This document shows positions 59,894-64,000 of a DNA stretch of 64,000 nt, one piece after another (the first letter of the stretch is position 1; every line of letters starts with the position of its first letter). This DNA comes from Alloascoidea hylecoeti (Eukaryota). Where the stretch lies: positions 351,622-415,621 of the forward strand of contig BCKZ01000011.1 of NCBI GenBank assembly GCA_001600815.1. The letters are read 5' to 3'. Below the pieces are notes generated by a model. The model did no database searches, had not been told where the DNA came from, and worked only from the letters and a program-made list of their open reading frames with translations. The position numbers and the translations under genes were made by a program.

Positions 59894-60736
59894 TCAAGGA
59901 TAGCCATAATGTTCCCACCCTTGTCTAATAACATCAATAGCAGCTTTCAAGTTAATATTTTTAGTTAGTTTTTTGTTTTTATTAATAAGTTGATTATAGA
60001 TTATGAAATACCGATCACGTGGTATGTGGTTCAGACTTGTTTCAGCTATTCTTTGTTGAATTCTTATACATTCTGATATTAAAAATTCATTATTATTATT
60101 ATTGTTGTTAATTCTATTGATTTTAATGCTATTGATGTTATTATTTTCTGGGGTTGAAGTTAATTTTAATGAAGTGATGGATCGTAAACTTAATATGTTT
60201 TTAAATTTTCTATAAGATGATGAGGCTGTTTGTGGTTGAACTAAAGTCGAACCACTATCACTACCAGTACCACTAGCAACGTCTCTAGATGCTATTTCAA
60301 TATCATTATTTTTATTATCATCACATCGAATAGTTGTCCATAATTTACGACGTTTATTCCATATATCAAGTCCTCCATATTCAGAATTCTGTAAATCAAC
60401 GTTTTCAGTTTGTGCATCAATAAGGTAAAAGATTTGATCTATCTGTGTTGTATCATTAGGTGTTAGTAATTTACTACCACCATCACTTTCAGATTTCCTC
60501 GAGTCGAGATCCTGAAAGTCTATATCTTCGATATTATCAAGTTGTTTAGTGAATACGGGTTTAGATGCTGATATCGACTCATCACCGGAAGATGAACCAA
60601 AGAATTCACGACGGATCTGACGGGCGGTGACTTGAGATCTAGGATTTGTTTGGAATTTCGAAACTAGAATAGTTTTTTGATTCTTTAATTTATTCCATAG
60701 CTTTCTTTTAAAACTAGTATCTTCTCCAGGTATCAT
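59894..60736 (-). CDS. Gag1-like clamp (DUF4050) domain protein
   Basis: GLDIWNKRRKLWT and IYNQLI...KKL...INL.....VIRQGW; start may be 60736 or 60820. Confidence 0.7.
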   Translation of the reverse strand: MIPGEDTSFKRKLWNKLKNQKTILVSKFQTNPRSQVTARQIRREFFGSSSGDESISASKPVFTKQLDNIEDIDFQDLDSRKSESDGGSKLLTPNDTTQIDQIFYLIDAQTENVDLQNSEYGGLDIWNKRRKLWTTIRCDDNKNNDIEIASRDVASGTGSDSGSTLVQPQTASSSYRKFKNILSLRSITSLKLTSTPENNNINSIKINRINNNNNNNEFLISECIRIQQRIAETSLNHIPRDRYFIIYNQLINKNKKLTKNINLKAAIDVIRQGWEHYGYP

Positions 60737-62311
60737 ATGGGAAGGAGTGTTTAAATATATATTTGATGTTTTTTTTTTTTTTCGTTGATGAAGTTTAGAT
60801 TTAAAATGAAGAAAAGTCATACTCTATAAAGTTACGAATATAAAAGAAACTTTAATTTAAAACACAGCTGGATCGAAGTACATTCCATTAAATTTATTTA
60901 TTTTACCAAAACAAATCTGAATTTATTTATTTCAGAGTTGAAATCAGGAAAAGTTGGTAACCCAGTTGGTAACCCAGTAGATCTGCTGTATTGCTTATTT
61001 CAATACCCCAGTTAGTACGGCTGATTGGCGTATGCTCGTAAATCTATAAATAATAAGAGAAAAGAGAAATGTTATCAAACCTTCACAATTACTATTGAAA
61101 AGTTAATAGTTAGTTTAATCGATTCTTTTGTTTGGCAAAAGTGACTAACTTTAATCCCTCGACCCCTTTTCAAATCTGATCAATGATGATACAAATTTAA
61201 TTGAGATCCCATAATTTTAGCGGTCACGGATGGTTTTCAGCAATGGTGGGTAATTATAATAATAATAATATTCCAATTCCAAATTCCAATTAATAAGCGT
61301 ACGTAATTAGTTAGTAGCCATTTCAACCTCTTACTTGAGAGATTAGGGTCAGTTGAATAACAACCGCTGGCGCACTAACAGCCATTCGTTCCAATAGTAA
61401 TCTGCTGACCTGTGAAAATATATAAACAAAATGCCACCAGATCATCCTACGTCTCCTCTACTATGGTCAATAAATAAATCGATTGAATTAAAGAATGTTC
61501 TGGTTATGTGTGCTTGAGCGGTTTGCTATTCAACTCAGGTAGTCTCATAAATCGTGGGCTGGAGAACACCGCAGTTTGTAGACACTGTACACAACTGGAT
61601 GCATCGTGCAATCAATCTAAATTTACGGCCGAATATTGGAACATTACACAAAAGTAATTGGTATGATTTCACGTAAGAAATCGTAGCGTTACTTAAGACT
61701 TGGTTTGTGCTGAAAAAAGGGCAGACTCAATCTTATTCTTAGTTAACGTTATAATTATAGCCACACAAAAAGGATCCCATAAATTATAAATGAATGAACC
61801 GAAGTTTATTTAAGCGCTCAAGCTAGATATAGCAATACATCTACTAATATGGTATAAAACTGATGATATAATTCACGGATTTAGAAACTATTATAAGATA
61901 CTTGTCAATTTCAACTGCAACTTCAACCCAGCAACTTTGGGGATCTTGATTAAACCAAATTTTCGTTATTAAAGGCAATGTGATGAAACAATTATAGGTA
62001 TACGCCAAAAGGCCACACGACCTCTTATCGACTTAGAGTTGTACAATGAACGTTAACTTGTTTCAATGCTATCTCAAAATTTTATTAAAAGGCAAATACA
62101 ATTACCCTAGTTATAAGAAAACAGTTATCAAATAAAAGACAATTAATGAAAAAACCTTCCTATGATTATTCCAACGAATTAAATTCATATAAATCAATTT
62201 TATAAATCATATAGTATGTGTGTGAAATAGCCTATTACAATGAACCCAAATGCTTAACATAAGCTCAAAAGAATTCGAATACTTTATAGATGTATTTTAT
62301 ATGTTGATTAG

Positions 62312-63614
62312 TTATAATTGATCACTCGATGATGCATTCTTCATTGAAAGAAAAGTGTTCCAAAAAACGCTCACTAAAAAAACAGTCAAAATATTAGTAT
62401 AAATAAGCATTATCAAACAAATAAAATTTAAACTCGGAATGATTACCAGGATTATATTATATGTAGATCACTTACCAGAAGAGGAAAAGGGAATTTGAAA
62501 TCTTCTAGGAATTAATAGAAAATTGATAAATTGAACCCCGGGCCAAACTGAATAATTTGCAATAAGTGTTTGTAAATAAATCTTCCGTATCTTTACTTTA
62601 AAAGCTTCTTTATCATTTCCTTCTAAAATAAAATTTGAATATGCAAAAAATCCATATAATGCTAAAATAGATTATTAAGTGTTAGAAATTAGATGTATAA
62701 TAAGATTTCCTTTCTTTTTCTGGGATATGATGTTGAAATACTTACATATAGGTGAGAAACAAATTTGATCTGTCAATACTCTTTCAATAGTAGATAATAG
62801 TTTATTTTCAGCATCATCATATGCACCATGTAAGATAGCATACCATGGAACTTGTAAAAATGCTTGAAATAATCCCCATACCATAAATCCCGCCAGTCTT
62901 GAGAACTTGAAACTCGACTTTGTCTCAACTTTATTACTATTATTATCAGTCCTTTCTAAACCGGAATCCACTAAACTCAAAGAACTGCTATTTCTTGATC
63001 TAATTTCATTATCTCCTTCTTCATGATCATTATAATCTAAACTTCCACTCTCAAGTGCAATTAATATATCATTTTCATCATCTAACCCCACACTATCACC
63101 TTCATTATATTGTAGACTTTCAGTATTATCATTTAGTCGATTCCTTTTACTTATCATATCTATTGTTTGTGCTAAAGTATCAGATAATCCATAAAGTATT
63201 AAATTTGTAGTTATTGAAGATATTAATTTATTGCTTTCATAAATATTTTCAAATCGATATGATAATCTTATAACTAATAATGAGAATAAAATAATTAAAA
63301 AAATGTTTAAAAATGGGACATATAATATTGTTTTATATGACGATGAAATGATATATTTGTAAAAAATCCCTAGTATTTCATCAAATTTACCTATATCATT
63401 CCAAAATTTAGTTAATATAATATATAATAATGTAGGCTTATCAAGTTTATGCAAGCAATCAATATAACATACTTCTTATGAAAGGTTGACGATGTGGCAA
63501 ATTAAATTTGGTTGAACTCCGATTAGTGTATCTTTCTGATGAGTCTATATTTGAGCCTTCCTCAGACGAATAAATATGATCTTCTGGGTTTAAACTAACA
63601 GAGGACATTTTCAT
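62312..63614 (-). CDS. Mpv17/PMP22-family membrane protein, exons 63614-63473, 63390-62746, 62661-62476, 62373-62312 (344 aa)
   Basis: LSDTLAQ, F.RLAGFMVWG, RVLTDQ..FSP, NYSVWPGVQFINF..IP..FQIPFSS.V.VFWNTFLS; three GT-AG introns keep the frame. Confidence 0.88.
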
Positions 63615-63809
63615 TGTTAACTGGGAAGTAAAAGAAGAAAGAAAAGATTAATATTATGTGAATGTAAGGATGTTTGATCTTCTTGTGCAGATTTTTTGAA
63701 ACACCGTCCATCTGAAGTCAGGGTAACTTTATGGGAAATTGGTAAGATAAGAATTCACGTGAATAACTTTTTCTGACACCTCCAAAAATCGATTTTTATA
63801 AACAGCCAT

Positions 63810-63945
63810 TAAATACTCTACAAGGCCTTAAACAGTTCTTAAAGTAGTACATAATGTTCCGTAGACTCTACAGATTCTATTAGAATATTTAAAATGACAT
63901 TTAAAACCTAGTATTTAGTGTTGGCGACCTTAACATTATAAACGG
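63810..63945 (+). repeat. Second copy of the repeat nested at 21034-21176
   Basis: Manual alignment, see 21034-21176. Confidence 0.75.
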
Positions 63946-64000
63946 GTACCACAGGGTCAACTTTGGAGAAGGAGCTCCACCCACTCTATACAATGAAGCA

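Overview
AT-rich fungal chromosomal DNA, most consistent with a budding yeast (Saccharomycotina-like gene set) that has many short spliceosomal introns. Recognisable housekeeping genes: FMP40/SelO (truncated by the window edge), dipeptidyl peptidase III, a UPF0643 protein, SIL1, a small heat-shock protein, FTR1, FUN30, OPI10, MRM2, a Pho80/Pcl cyclin, an FLC transporter, HSF1, tRNA-Glu(UUC), VIP1, a Gag1-clamp protein and an Mpv17/PMP22 protein. Transposon debris (Tc1/mariner, gypsy, possibly copia) lies between them. The most unusual structure is at 5.8-7.1 kb: an intronless 201-aa orphan ORF bracketed by T-A7/9-(A/G)CAGA motifs and folded into a 553-bp-arm inverted duplication. It is a candidate captured viral or selfish gene turned into a hairpin (dsRNA) locus, but an assembly artefact must be excluded because a gap lies nearby. 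Other highlights: a Tpt1 homolog lacking all four catalytic residues, an MRM2 with an altered catalytic tetrad, a helicase-less derivative of the fungal telomere-linked helicase/DUF3505 family, two tandem four-HMG-box mitochondrial proteins, and a convergent RXT3 paralog pair. All family assignments come from motif recognition by eye; no database searches were run.
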